DNA of 64,000 nt from an uncultured Nitrososphaerales archaeon (GCA_963695855.1 CAVOHZ010000010.1:128001-192000); one strand, 5' to 3'; numbered from the stretch's first letter, positions 10,356 through 20,607 are shown. Notes: generated by a model not told the origin, from the letters alone. Numbers and translations: made by a program.

Positions 10356-12449
10356 TTAAGGACCAAAGGAGTTGTTGTATACAATTCCAATTGATGGAAA
10401 TAAGCCGTTATTCATCAAACTGGTAATTTCTGCATTGGTGAGAGCCCTGTTCCAGACACCAACCTGATCCAGTTGACCTACAAAAGCGTCTTGTCCGAGA
10501 GACTGGGCATTTTCTGCTATCCTCAATGGCTGCGTTCCCATGTTGTCTGGATTGGTTGAAGTAGATAGTGTTCCTATCTGTGCACCATCAACAAATAGCC
10601 TAACAATATTATTTGCATTATCAAATGTTACCACTGCATGATGCCATTTGCCATCATTGTAAGTACTCGTGGATGTTATCCATTTGTTTGAACCGCCTGT
10701 AGTCTCAAAGCCTCCGACCAATCTCTCAGATGAGTCTAACCATATTCCATAGTTAAGGTTATTACCTGCACTTTCCGGTCCAAGACCTCCCTTGTTCACC
10801 TCCATCCCTTTTCCAACGAAGTTGGCTGTTGTTTTGAACCAAGTTGCAACAGTAAACGATGATAAATGAAGTTTCTGAGTATCAGGAACATCTATTCTAT
10901 CTGACCCTGTTGTGGTAAAGAATGGTTCGTAGTGATATCCAATAGCCTGCTGACAATCTGAATCTGCTGCATCTTTAGACCCATCACGGTCGTCATCCAG
11001 TCCATTATTGCATATCTCCTGTACTGCGGGACAATCCGTATCTTCTGCATCTATCTTTCCATCACCATCGTTATCTTTTGCGTCGTTACATACTTCTGGA
11101 TTAGAGGTAACAGAAGAATCAATATTTCTCACATATAGCAATCCTTCTGCAGAAGTGTCTTTATCACCAGTAAAGTATCCTCTACCTTGTCCATCACATA
11201 AGGTAGCTGGATTTGTTCCCAAATTCTTAATTGTATTTAATACAACGGAAGGAGACGTGCCTGGATGTGATGAAAGGTAAAGTGCAACAGATCCAGTTAC
11301 ATGTGGTGTAGCCATACTTGTTCCACTGAGAGTTGCATAGCTGGATTTATAGGTAGAATAGATATTTACACCTGGAGCTGCCATATCTACTACATTTCCA
11401 TAGTTACTAAATGATGCGAACGAATCATCTTTACCATAGTTTGAAGAACCTCCCAATCCACCGCATTTGCCATCTGTATCTACAATTGCTGAAACTGCAA
11501 TAACATTGGGATGATTTGCAGGTGAAAATGAAGAAGCATTTTTGCCGTCATTTCCTGCCGCAACCACAAATGTAACACCAGCGTTGACTGCTGCATTAAT
11601 AGCCGTATTCAATGCAGATGATGTACATTGACAACCCAGGCTCAGATTAACGACTTCGATTTGATCCGCGTTTGCAGTAACATAATCTATTGCTGAAATA
11701 AGAGATGATATTGAACCGGATCCGCTGTCATCTAGAACCTTCAAATTCCATAATCGTGCTCCAGGTGCTACCCCTACAACTCCAACAGTGTTATCCTTTG
11801 CAGCTGCAGTTCCAGCTACATGAGTTCCATGACCATTTCCATCGGTGGCAAGATATGAGGTTCCGCTGAAGTCCTTATTTATAAAAATATTCAAATCCTG
11901 GTGATTGTATATTCCAGTATCAAGTATTGCTATATCTACATTGACACTTCCAGACCCATCCCCAGATCTGGTGAAACTTTGATCTGCATCAATTCTGTTT
12001 ATACCCGTTGGTAATGTTTGAGCAAATGATTGAATCTTTTGATCCTGCTCTACGTACTTTACATTCGGATCTGCTCTTATTTTATCAAGCTCTGATTGGG
12101 TATTAATTTTAACGACTGATGCTTTAATGGAATTTTGAAAAATATTTAAAATATCAAGATCTTTAAAAGTGCTTTTTTCTATTTTTTTTACTAGCTGATT
12201 TATTAGGTAATTGGGGTTCTTGACATCGTCCTTGAAAACTACAATGTACTGGTTTGGAATTTTGGGGTCGCTAAACGTGTCTACTTGTTGTTTTACTATG
12301 TTGTCATCGTTTACAGCAGAAGGTAATGATAATAATGATGATGACGTTTGTCCATAGATTTCGTTCGAAATGGACGGAAGTGAAAAACAAGATGCAAAAT
12401 AAATCACCGATATCATAGAATATACTGCAAGAGTATTTACTTTTTTCAA
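10356..12449 (-). CDS. Secreted S8 (subtilisin-like) serine peptidase with I9 propeptide, Cys/Asp repeats and LamG domain
   Basis: Catalytic ILDTG, HGTHVAG and GTSMATPHV; YIVVFK..VKYVEQD propeptide; C-terminal LamG. Confidence 0.92.
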   Translation of the reverse strand: MKKVNTLAVYSMISVIYFASCFSLPSISNEIYGQTSSSLLSLPSAVNDDNIVKQQVDTFSDPKIPNQYIVVFKDDVKNPNYLINQLVKKIEKSTFKDLDILNIFQNSIKASVVKINTQSELDKIRADPNVKYVEQDQKIQSFAQTLPTGINRIDADQSFTRSGDGSGSVNVDIAILDTGIYNHQDLNIFINKDFSGTSYLATDGNGHGTHVAGTAAAKDNTVGVVGVAPGARLWNLKVLDDSGSGSISSLISAIDYVTANADQIEVVNLSLGCQCTSSALNTAINAAVNAGVTFVVAAGNDGKNASSFSPANHPNVIAVSAIVDTDGKCGGLGGSSNYGKDDSFASFSNYGNVVDMAAPGVNIYSTYKSSYATLSGTSMATPHVTGSVALYLSSHPGTSPSVVLNTIKNLGTNPATLCDGQGRGYFTGDKDTSAEGLLYVRNIDSSVTSNPEVCNDAKDNDGDGKIDAEDTDCPAVQEICNNGLDDDRDGSKDAADSDCQQAIGYHYEPFFTTTGSDRIDVPDTQKLHLSSFTVATWFKTTANFVGKGMEVNKGGLGPESAGNNLNYGIWLDSSERLVGGFETTGGSNKWITSTSTYNDGKWHHAVVTFDNANNIVRLFVDGAQIGTLSTSTNPDNMGTQPLRIAENAQSLGQDAFVGQLDQVGVWNRALTNAEITSLMNNGLFPSIGIVYNNSFGP

Positions 12450-12725
12450 TATTTATTTGACTAAACTATAAATATATTAGCAATTCTCATATTTATTAGA
12501 AAAAATTTGTTATATTCTTTTTTTTATATAATATTATATAATTTAGTATTTTTTACTTTTAATATAACGTATATAGATGACTAGAACTCTTGAATGGTAT
12601 GTACGCTAGATTCATCATCACTAGAAAATATTATATTTAATATGTTTATTCTTCTGGCTCTGTAGGTGAAATGTTCGACAGAGCTAACATTCAAGAAGAA
12701 AGCCACTACCAATACTCTTGCAAAT

Positions 12726-13754
12726 ATGTATGCGGCATTAGATTTAGGACAGAAAAACATTCAGGCAGTATTGAAAAATAAAGATGGTAAGATTATAAAG
12801 GAAAATAAAATACAGCGTAATACCAAAACAATACTAGAATTTCTTGATAATAGTAACAAGAATCATAATAATATTGATATTGTAATGGAGTCTGGTTACA
12901 ACTATCAATATCTATATGATCTTTTACAAGATGAAGGTTATAATGTAAAAGTAGCACATCCACTAATGGTCAAGGCAATAGCATATGCTAAAGTCAAGAC
13001 AGATAAAGTAGATGCTAGAATATTAGCAGATCTACTAAGAATGGATATGATACCAGAATGTTATATACCTAATAAAGATATAAGAAATTTACGAGATCTA
13101 GTTAGACGCAGATACTATTTTGTCAGTATTCGAACAATGTTCAAAAACAAAGCACATGTTGAGATGAGTAAAAGATGGTTAGATGCTAATGTGACTAATA
13201 ATATAACAACAACAATGATTAAAAATGATCCATTTTCTAAAAAAGGAAAATGTCATTTACGTTCACTGGGAATACATGCATTAGATGATTGCCTTGATAC
13301 CATAGATTTTCTAGATAGAAAAATAAAAGAGTTGGATACAGAAATAAAGAAATTGGCAATAGAAGATAAATACTCTAAACATCTTATGACAATTCCAGGT
13401 ATATCTTACTATGCAGCTCTTCTAATATCAAGCGAGATAGCAGATATTAACAGGTTTCCAGACTATGAACATCTGTGTTCTTATGCTAGATTAGTACCTG
13501 GTACATATCAATCTGGAAATACATCATTCTCAAAAACAGACAAAAAACAAGGGAGCAAAATGCTAAACTGGATTATGGTACAGTGTACTCATACACATGT
13601 ACGTTATTGCCAATCATCGATAACAGTACATTACAACAAGATAAAGAATAGAAAGAGAAATAACAAAATTGCTATAATTGCAGCAGCAAGAAAATTAATG
13701 CGTGTGATATATGTTATGCTAAAGGAAGATCGTCCCTTTAGACTGGATGAATAA
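12726..13754 (+). CDS. IS110-family transposase/recombinase
   Basis: DEDD residues in ALDLG, VMESG and KTDKVDA; TIPGI; YQSG catalytic Ser; AAARKL. ATG at 12726 preferred over GTG at 12666. Confidence 0.95.
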   Translation: MYAALDLGQKNIQAVLKNKDGKIIKENKIQRNTKTILEFLDNSNKNHNNIDIVMESGYNYQYLYDLLQDEGYNVKVAHPLMVKAIAYAKVKTDKVDARILADLLRMDMIPECYIPNKDIRNLRDLVRRRYYFVSIRTMFKNKAHVEMSKRWLDANVTNNITTTMIKNDPFSKKGKCHLRSLGIHALDDCLDTIDFLDRKIKELDTEIKKLAIEDKYSKHLMTIPGISYYAALLISSEIADINRFPDYEHLCSYARLVPGTYQSGNTSFSKTDKKQGSKMLNWIMVQCTHTHVRYCQSSITVHYNKIKNRKRNNKIAIIAAARKLMRVIYVMLKEDRPFRLDE

Positions 13755-13766
13755 TAATATAGTATA

Positions 13767-13900
13767 GGACCTCTTGGTTTCTTGCATCGTCATATTGTTA
13801 TTATTATATGATAAGTATGATGGATGCCATCTGTAGGTTAGGTCTGGCTACTACTAGCGCAAAGCCACGGTGCACTATTGGTGCGTATGGGAGAATGCTA
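13767..13900 (+). ncRNA. Predicted bridge RNA (seekRNA) of the IS110 element
   Basis: Two stem/internal-loop/hairpin units; loop sequences TGGTTTCT, TCTGTAGGT and ATGGGAGAA match target and donor junctions. RNA ends approximate. Confidence 0.82.
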
Positions 13901-13986
13901 TTATTCATCAGTTAATCATATTAGGAACGAGTATTATATGAACATGGGAGAAACCATCATAGCTAGCAACATTCTACAGTTAATTA

Positions 13987-14988
13987 TTGAACAAACAACA
14001 ATCAAAATATGTTAGATTAGCAGATCAACTATTACGTATTCTCAAACATTGCAGAATTCCATTATATTTGCATAGAAAGAGCAACCACATTTACACAGTA
14101 TGGCAACACATAGTACTTGTTACAATAAGACAGTATGAAGGTAAGAGTTATCGAATGTTTACAGACTGGCTTGTTGAAGCATACTATTTGAGATTGTTTT
14201 TACAACTATCCAAAATACCACATTATACAACCTTACAAAAATTCACTGATAGAATCAACATCATGAAGCTTGGAAAGATAATCTCATCATTTATCCTCTT
14301 TACAGGTACAAGACACATATTTGCTGGAATAGATGCAACTGGATTCAAAATAACATATGCGTCAGAATATTATACGAATAGAGCCAAATTGAGAAGGAAG
14401 AAATATGCTAAATTATCTATTGGTGCAGATGTTCTAAAACAGATAATCTGCAAGGTCAAGGTAAGACGAGCTCCAACAACAAGACATGACAATATGGATT
14501 TCAAACCTATTGTAACAAAAATATCAAAAATAAAACCATTATCGGTAGTTGTAGCGGATAAAGCATATGATAGCGAAGATAACCATGTACTTGTAAGAGA
14601 GAAACTACATGGATTCAGCATCATGCCTCCAAGATATGAACAAGTACCAGTATGGAAAACTCGTGGTAAATATAGAAAGGAGATGAAACGTGGATACAAC
14701 AAGATTCTATACAATCAAAGAAACAAGGATGAAACTATGGTATCTGTCATAAAAAGACTATTTGGGGAACATATCACATCCAAACTTGTGAGAATGCAAA
14801 ATAGAGAATTGACATTCAGATGTATAGCATACAATACTCACAGAATGGTGAAGTTGGTTGTTATAGTAATGGTTTCTACACAGCGATTCTTCTACAAATT
14901 CACATATATTCAGGAACTGATATTGATGTGCTTGAAGCAAACTCTCGTACTACGTCTTCAGTTTCTCTGTATGGTAAATGAAAGTTAA
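13987..14988 (+). CDS. IS5-family-like DDE transposase (frame reads through the right TIR)
   Basis: GIDATGF, VADKAYDSE and YNQRNKDETMVSVIKRLFG (Y-x2-R-x3-E-x6-K). Confidence 0.88.
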   Translation: MNKQQSKYVRLADQLLRILKHCRIPLYLHRKSNHIYTVWQHIVLVTIRQYEGKSYRMFTDWLVEAYYLRLFLQLSKIPHYTTLQKFTDRINIMKLGKIISSFILFTGTRHIFAGIDATGFKITYASEYYTNRAKLRRKKYAKLSIGADVLKQIICKVKVRRAPTTRHDNMDFKPIVTKISKIKPLSVVVADKAYDSEDNHVLVREKLHGFSIMPPRYEQVPVWKTRGKYRKEMKRGYNKILYNQRNKDETMVSVIKRLFGEHITSKLVRMQNRELTFRCIAYNTHRMVKLVVIVMVSTQRFFYKFTYIQELILMCLKQTLVLRLQFLCMVNES

Positions 14989-15557
14989 AACTCATATAAT
15001 TAAGTAACTTGATCGTTGATTCTGGATATACGAACATTCCATCTTTTCGCCTTCATTCATATTTACAAGTTCTGTATTCCAGTTATCGATAACAAAAAAA
15101 TCAAGTAACATCTCTGCTGTCTTTATCAGAGATTCATTACCAGAGATTCATTATATTTCGTTCAGCTAGTCACATAATATACTAGAATACGTTAGTTAAA
15201 CGTATTAGGAATGACAATTTGCACGGAGCAAGAGATCCACTAGTTATAAAATTGATTGAAAATACTTTATAATAAGCACAAAGTATGGGAGATATATTTG
15301 TATAACAATCATCTAAAAAATTCATAAATTCAAAAGTTAGCATTTAAATTGCAAGAGACAAGATTATATGTCTATCATCATATAAAATGTACCTAATTAC
15401 TAAAATACTTGAAAACACAACATAATATAATATTGGTCCAAATTAAAAAATATTATATATTTTTGTAACTATTATTGGTTCTGAAAATTGAGATAGTAAA
15501 AATTCGTCTAATAATCCTTCCTATCTCTGATATACTTTAAATTAAAATAATAAGATA

Positions 15558-16025
15558 ATGAACTTTTTCAAAAACAGTCCAATGCTTTTTGCTACTGTAA
15601 TGGTAGCGGCAAGTGTTTTGGCTCTAATGACACCATCAGTTACGACAAATGCGCATGCTGTACCCTATGGGACAAATGCGCATGCTGTATCCTATGGCAG
15701 CGATTTCAACGATCAATATAGCTATGGATATGGAGATAAATCTCGATATAACGATGATAAATATAGCTATGACGATCCAAGAGATAAAAGTGTAAGTGTC
15801 CAAGAAATAAAATGTCAAAACAAAAATGTCAATGTGAATGGAATAGATATCACTGAAATACCTCACGATACTACAACAACAGATGAATTACAAGCAAATG
15901 AACAAGGTCCAAATGGAGGACAAAATGGTAACGATTTTGACAAGATAAACTTTGACAGGAACTTGGTGAATATCTGTCTAAACGTGAATGTTAATAATCA
16001 AGAAGAAGGACCACCACCAGCTTAG
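15558..16025 (+). CDS. Secreted hypothetical protein, two-Cys Asn-rich family
   Basis: Signal peptide; duplicated TNAHAV(P/S)YG; KCQNKNVNVNG...NICLNVNVNN. Confidence 0.75.
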   Translation: MNFFKNSPMLFATVMVAASVLALMTPSVTTNAHAVPYGTNAHAVSYGSDFNDQYSYGYGDKSRYNDDKYSYDDPRDKSVSVQEIKCQNKNVNVNGIDITEIPHDTTTTDELQANEQGPNGGQNGNDFDKINFDRNLVNICLNVNVNNQEEGPPPA

Positions 16026-16282
16026 TGGGCCTATGTAAGTATCAGTAATGATGTTTACATTCAATCATTTTTTTTTTGGTGAGCAAAATACATGTTTTCA
16101 AATTTGTCTTTTATACTATCTATAGTTTTAATTCTGTAAACTAATTTTGGAAATAAAAGGATAGACGTGAAGTAAAAAAATATTTTTTGCTAAAATATCA
16201 AATAAGGGTCTAAAAGAAAGGTTAATAATATATAAAATAAATTTACTTTCAATTTCCTTCTGCCACTTTTTTTCATTGATCT

Positions 16283-17626
16283 CTACCAAGTAATTTCTTT
16301 AGGCGGTTTTGAAAACCTGTTCTTTGTATTGAGATGATACTCCACAGCGATGGAAGGGTCCTTCTGTCTTCCTGTCAAAATCCCAACAACAACATCGTCT
16401 ATTTTGATTATCTCCTGCTCTCTTAACTTTTTTATTCCCGCAGGTACTGCACCAGAAGCCAATTCACAATCAAATCCATTTAAACCAACAAGAGACATGC
16501 CATCCATCATCTCGTTATCTTCAACCTGAATAACCAATCCCTTGGTAAACCATAAAGCTCTCAATCCTTTTACAATATTTAGTGGTTTTCCAATCTGTAT
16601 TGCCGTTGCCCTCGTCTTTGGCAGGATATTCTTTCTTTTTTTATCCTCGTAGTATCTTTCTACTAAGGACGTATCTGGTCTGCCATCATTCCATTCCAAT
16701 TTCGTGTCTTCAAAAAGTCCATTAAACAATTCATAAAGAGTATTAGCCCCTTTCGCATTTACCACTGCAATACGGGGAATCTTTTTTATCCATCCCCATT
16801 CATACAACTCCATTAATGCTTTGCCGCAGCTAGATGTATTTCCCAGTGCACCTCCAGGATATACTATCCAGTCAGGAGGGTTCCAGTTCAGGTGTTCTAG
16901 CGCTCTGAAAATTATTGTCTTTTGTCCCTCGATTCTAAATGGATTTACAGAATTTACGGTATAACCATCAGTGGTCTTTGAATATTCCAGAGACGCCTGT
17001 AATGCGTCATCGAAATTTCCATCAACCTGAATAACCTGTGCTCCAAATTGAAATGCCTGTCCTAATTTTCCAGGAGCGATCTCACCTCGAGGGATAAAGA
17101 CATCGCATTCCATGTTCTCGTTAGACGCGTACATTGCGGCAGACGCGGAAGTATTTCCGGTAGAGGCACATATCAACTTAGAAACTTTAAGCATTTTCGC
17201 ATGAGTAACAGCTGCAGACATTCCATTGTCCTTAAATGAACCGCTTGGATTGTATCCCTCTGGCTGTAAAAATAAACCTTCATGAGGTAAATCTACAAAA
17301 TCAGCGACCTTGGACATGTTGTAAGGCTTTGAAAGTCTCCCTTCGGCACCATCCAAAGATACTAGAACCTCAGAACATTGAACGATGTCCTCGGTACCTA
17401 TTCCGGGAAAATTTAAAAGCTCCCTAAATCGCCATACACCACTCTCATTATAGATATTTCCATTTGGATTTCTTCTCTCATAGAACTTCTCCACAAGATC
17501 TTGTTTTGCGACTTTTTCATAAATAATGTCCAGAAATGAACCACAGGAACACTGATAAATATTACTAATCATATCGTATGTTAAACCACAGGAAGGATTG
17601 ATACATTTTTTTGAGACTTTACCCAT
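16283..17626 (-). CDS. thrC: Threonine synthase
   Basis: NPSGSFKDNG PLP-lysine motif, CASTGNTSAS, NSVNPFRIEGQKT, N-terminal Zn ribbon. Confidence 0.93.
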   Translation of the reverse strand: MGKVSKKCINPSCGLTYDMISNIYQCSCGSFLDIIYEKVAKQDLVEKFYERRNPNGNIYNESGVWRFRELLNFPGIGTEDIVQCSEVLVSLDGAEGRLSKPYNMSKVADFVDLPHEGLFLQPEGYNPSGSFKDNGMSAAVTHAKMLKVSKLICASTGNTSASAAMYASNENMECDVFIPRGEIAPGKLGQAFQFGAQVIQVDGNFDDALQASLEYSKTTDGYTVNSVNPFRIEGQKTIIFRALEHLNWNPPDWIVYPGGALGNTSSCGKALMELYEWGWIKKIPRIAVVNAKGANTLYELFNGLFEDTKLEWNDGRPDTSLVERYYEDKKRKNILPKTRATAIQIGKPLNIVKGLRALWFTKGLVIQVEDNEMMDGMSLVGLNGFDCELASGAVPAGIKKLREQEIIKIDDVVVGILTGRQKDPSIAVEYHLNTKNRFSKPPKEITW

Positions 17627-17874
17627 CCGAATGTTTCAACATTTGTCTTATTTATAATATTAATGGATTAAACGGAAACCACAACTGCAATTCTATTTAT
17701 TAGAGCCAGAATTAAAAAATTATGCCACAAGATATTCAAAAAAGATTTCTTAAATAAGATATCTAACTTTGTTCTAATTCGCAAACATTTTTCGTTCAAA
17801 TATTTATAAAGTTAATTTACTTTATAAGAAGGAATTTGTGAATTAACAAAAAAAATAACAACACTCCGTACCTT

Positions 17875-18141
17875 CTATCTTTTAGTCCTTTTCTCGTACA
17901 TCTTGAGAATTTGTTGGATCGTTCCATCCATGTCCTCTTCTAGAACCTGAGGAGTTACTGATATTTTCAGCAAGCTATTAATGGTCGTTGAAATTTCCGA
18001 GCTCACCTCATCAAAACTATCCATATCGCTATAACTTTCTTGATATAATCTTCTCAGTTTCATTGCATTTAACTGAGTCTGATCATTTAACGCAATGACA
18101 TATTCTCTATTATTGACAGTGATATTCTTTTCTTCATTCAT
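17875..18141 (-). CDS. Small hypothetical protein
   Basis: Clean 88-aa ORF with plausible composition. Confidence 0.7.
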   Translation of the reverse strand: MNEEKNITVNNREYVIALNDQTQLNAMKLRRLYQESYSDMDSFDEVSSEISTTINSLLKISVTPQVLEEDMDGTIQQILKMYEKRTKR

Positions 18142-18356
18142 AAGATCATAGCCTATTCCAAGTATTTAAAAAACTTTCTATTAGAATAACACTCTTTTTT
18201 AAAGGATTAGTACATTCTATCCTAAGATAGTATCTGTTAAAACCCTTGAAGGATTTTATTTTTCGATCTTTGTTGTTAAATATCTAACTACAATCTAAAT
18301 ACCAAAAGTAAAAACTAAAATAAATTAATAAATGAATAAACAATATTATTGCCTGT

Positions 18357-19346
18357 TTGTCAACTGATGACGATAAAATTTGTATCAAACTTTACTCGTT
18401 ATTAAGAGAAATTATAAAGGATATCTCCTCTGAAGGTTTGTTACTGTCCGGAGGAGCAGATAGTAGCATCATTGCAAGCGTCCAAAAACCCAAATATGCT
18501 TTCACTGTGAGTTTAGAAGGAAAGGGTTCTGATCTAATATATGCAAGTCAAATAGCTGAAAAATACGGATCAAAACACATTCAAGTAAAAATTGCATATA
18601 AAGAGTTAGCTAAAATCGAAGAGAAAATAATTCAACTTTTTGAAACCTTTGATCCAATATTTGTAAGGAATTCTAGTGTGATTTTTGCTGGTATACAGAA
18701 AGCGTCTCAATTTGGAATTTCTACTATTTTGACCGGTGATGGAGGAGATGAATTATTTGCAGGGTACAATTATCTGAAAAGGTATTACAACGACCCTAAA
18801 AAATTGGATATGGAACTGAAAAGGCTCTGGGATATAATGCATTTTCCATCTAAAAAAATAGGTAGTTACTTCAAGATCAACGTCGAGACGCCATTTCTCA
18901 ATGAAACATTTATTGATTTCGCAAAATCGTTAGATGTCCGTTTCAAGGTTAATGAATACAACGGTAAGGTTTGGGGCAAATATATCCTAAGGAAATGCCT
19001 TGATAAATACACTGCAATGAAAACCCATTCATGGAGAGAGAAGGAAGCACAAGAAGAGGGTTCAGGTTTTTCCTTAATAGGCGAGTACTTTAATAAGGTT
19101 TTTAATGACGAGGAATTTGAATCAGAAAGCAAAAGGATAAAAGAAAAGGATAATGTAAAAATTAGAGATAAGGAACATCTATTTTATTATAACACATATC
19201 GAAAATATTATGCAGTTCCACAAGAATCCAAATGTAATAGAAGGTGTCCAGAATGTAATGGTTGTTTTCAGTGGTCTGGGAGATTTTGCAGGTTATGTGG
19301 AGCCTTCCCTGTAGACCCTATTGTACAGAAAAGCAGCAGTATGTAA
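18357..19346 (+). CDS. Asparagine synthase C-terminal-domain protein with C-terminal Zn finger
   Basis: LLSGGADSS, LTGDGGDELFAGY, GKYILR, CPEC..CRLCG; no glutaminase domain. Confidence 0.85.
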   Translation: MSTDDDKICIKLYSLLREIIKDISSEGLLLSGGADSSIIASVQKPKYAFTVSLEGKGSDLIYASQIAEKYGSKHIQVKIAYKELAKIEEKIIQLFETFDPIFVRNSSVIFAGIQKASQFGISTILTGDGGDELFAGYNYLKRYYNDPKKLDMELKRLWDIMHFPSKKIGSYFKINVETPFLNETFIDFAKSLDVRFKVNEYNGKVWGKYILRKCLDKYTAMKTHSWREKEAQEEGSGFSLIGEYFNKVFNDEEFESESKRIKEKDNVKIRDKEHLFYYNTYRKYYAVPQESKCNRRCPECNGCFQWSGRFCRLCGAFPVDPIVQKSSSM

Positions 19347-19542
19347 TACATTAAATTCAAAATTCGTAAAACGGTCAAGACACAAGTTAGCAAAACAATA
19401 TAGAGATGCATCAATTTTCTTTTAATCTTTACAAACAGAACTATTAAAGATCGGGTAATTAACTATTAATTTGGTCTAAAGATTTTCACTTTATCAATTT
19501 TAAACAGATTATTCTTTAAACAAATGGTGATTAGAGACTAGA

Positions 19543-20223
19543 ATGGAATTTAATAGGAAATGGATAAAACCACCAACTAATGATAGTATTACATCAAATG
19601 TAGCAAATAAGATTCTTGACAATAAATTTGTAGAAAATATAAAGCCGCAAGCACCTCTTAAACCTAAAATTGAGGAAGCGCAAAAGAAATTACAACTTCA
19701 AATTACAAAGTTAGAGGGTATTTCACATAAAATGCAAGATAAAGATCAGCTTATTTTTAAACGAATTGTTTATGCTATGCAAAACCATGACAGCCAATAT
19801 GCAAAGGTATTATCTAACGAATTATCGCAAATTAGAAAAATGAACAAGATGGTTAGTTCTGCAAAACTTGCAATGGAACAAATCCAATTAAGATTGAATA
19901 CAATTACTGAATTAGGAGATGTTGTTATAACATTAAGTCCCGCAATGTCGGTCATAAAAGGAATCCAAGGAGGACTATCCTCGATGATGCCAGAAGCTGA
20001 CCAATCATTTGGACAAATATCTGATCTGTTAGCCGGTATTATGACTGAATCTGGACAAATACCAAATGCAGAGATAACAGGACTAGGCGGAATTACAGAA
20101 GATTCAATGAAAATATTAGAAGAAGCGAGTATCGTGGTAGAACAGAACATGAAAGAAAAATTCCCAGACTTTCCTACCAACCAAGAAGTCGATTCACAAA
20201 GCTCGGAAGCTTCAATGTATTAG
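19543..20223 (+). CDS. cdvB: ESCRT-III/Snf7-family cell division protein (CdvB paralog)
   Basis: ELSQIRKM..LAMEQIQLRLNTITELGDVVITLSPAM..MMPEA; C-terminal ILEEA..KFPD. Confidence 0.88.
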   Translation: MEFNRKWIKPPTNDSITSNVANKILDNKFVENIKPQAPLKPKIEEAQKKLQLQITKLEGISHKMQDKDQLIFKRIVYAMQNHDSQYAKVLSNELSQIRKMNKMVSSAKLAMEQIQLRLNTITELGDVVITLSPAMSVIKGIQGGLSSMMPEADQSFGQISDLLAGIMTESGQIPNAEITGLGGITEDSMKILEEASIVVEQNMKEKFPDFPTNQEVDSQSSEASMY

Positions 20224-20286
20224 TTCCTCAATATAACGTCATAAAAATAAGAGAAATAAACCAGATTTCCGGCATTAAAGAAATAA

Positions 20287-20607
20287 TCAAGACTCGGCAA
20301 CTTTTTTTATCTCTTTTTTTATCCTTGAAATAGTAGGATAGCTATATCCCTTCTCTCTATAACTTTTTATCATTTTCTTCCAATTTTCCAATCTCCAATA
20401 TGCCTGTTCCTTACTAAGCATATTTGTCTCTTTTTTTATCAAACTTTTTCTACCAGGAAAAAGATATCCTCCATTTTCCGCACTATGTCTCTTGTATGCA
20501 AATCGGAGACCAAGCAAAACAATATCGGTAGGAAGCGATTTTAGGTAAAACAAAAATTCATTATAATCTTTCTCTTTAATTTCTAGTTCTAGTGCTAATT
20601 TTTTCAA
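20287..20607 (-). CDS. Hypothetical basic protein next to the biotin cluster
   Basis: 106-aa ORF; C-terminal KGYSYPTISRIKK is HTH-like. Confidence 0.7.
   Translation of the reverse strand: MKKLALELEIKEKDYNEFLFYLKSLPTDIVLLGLRFAYKRHSAENGGYLFPGRKSLIKKETNMLSKEQAYWRLENWKKMIKSYREKGYSYPTISRIKKEIKKVAES

Larger units (their letters stand above)
12664..13950 (+). mobile_element. IS110-family element (IS1111-type ends), apparently intact
   Basis: AG core at 12664-12665 and 13949-13950; sub-terminal IR ATGTTC (12671-12676) / GAACAT (13940-13945); excision restores the host TIR. Confidence 0.9.
12656..14885 (+). mobile_element. IS5-family-like IS whose left TIR is split by an IS110 insertion
   Basis: 8-bp target duplication ATTCTTCT at 12648-12655 and 14886-14893. 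Reconstructed left TIR GGCTCTGTAGAAACCAT vs right TIR (reverse complement) CGCTGTGTAGAAACCAT. Confidence 0.9.
12580..15229 (-). pseudogene. Degraded IS5-family (IS903-like) element remnant, interrupted by the IS at 12656-14885
   Basis: Minus-strand fragments TKYNESL / IDNWNTELVNMNEG / FHLPYRETE / RRIN match the transposase at 39399-40312; TIR-like GCTCCGTGCAAA ends at 15229. Confidence 0.7.

Noticed and set aside
12656-12685. Hairpin GCTCTGT/ACAGAGC as part of the bridge RNA
   Set aside because: One arm lies outside the IS110, in the host TIR; the guide matches are in the downstream region instead.
12666-12725. GTG start for the IS110 transposase
   Set aside because: Begins at the first base inside the element end; ATG 12726 gives the usual N-terminus just before the first catalytic Asp.
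19543-20223. Stand-alone ESCRT-III gene as a novel system
   Set aside because: Dispersed CdvB paralogs are established in Nitrososphaerota.
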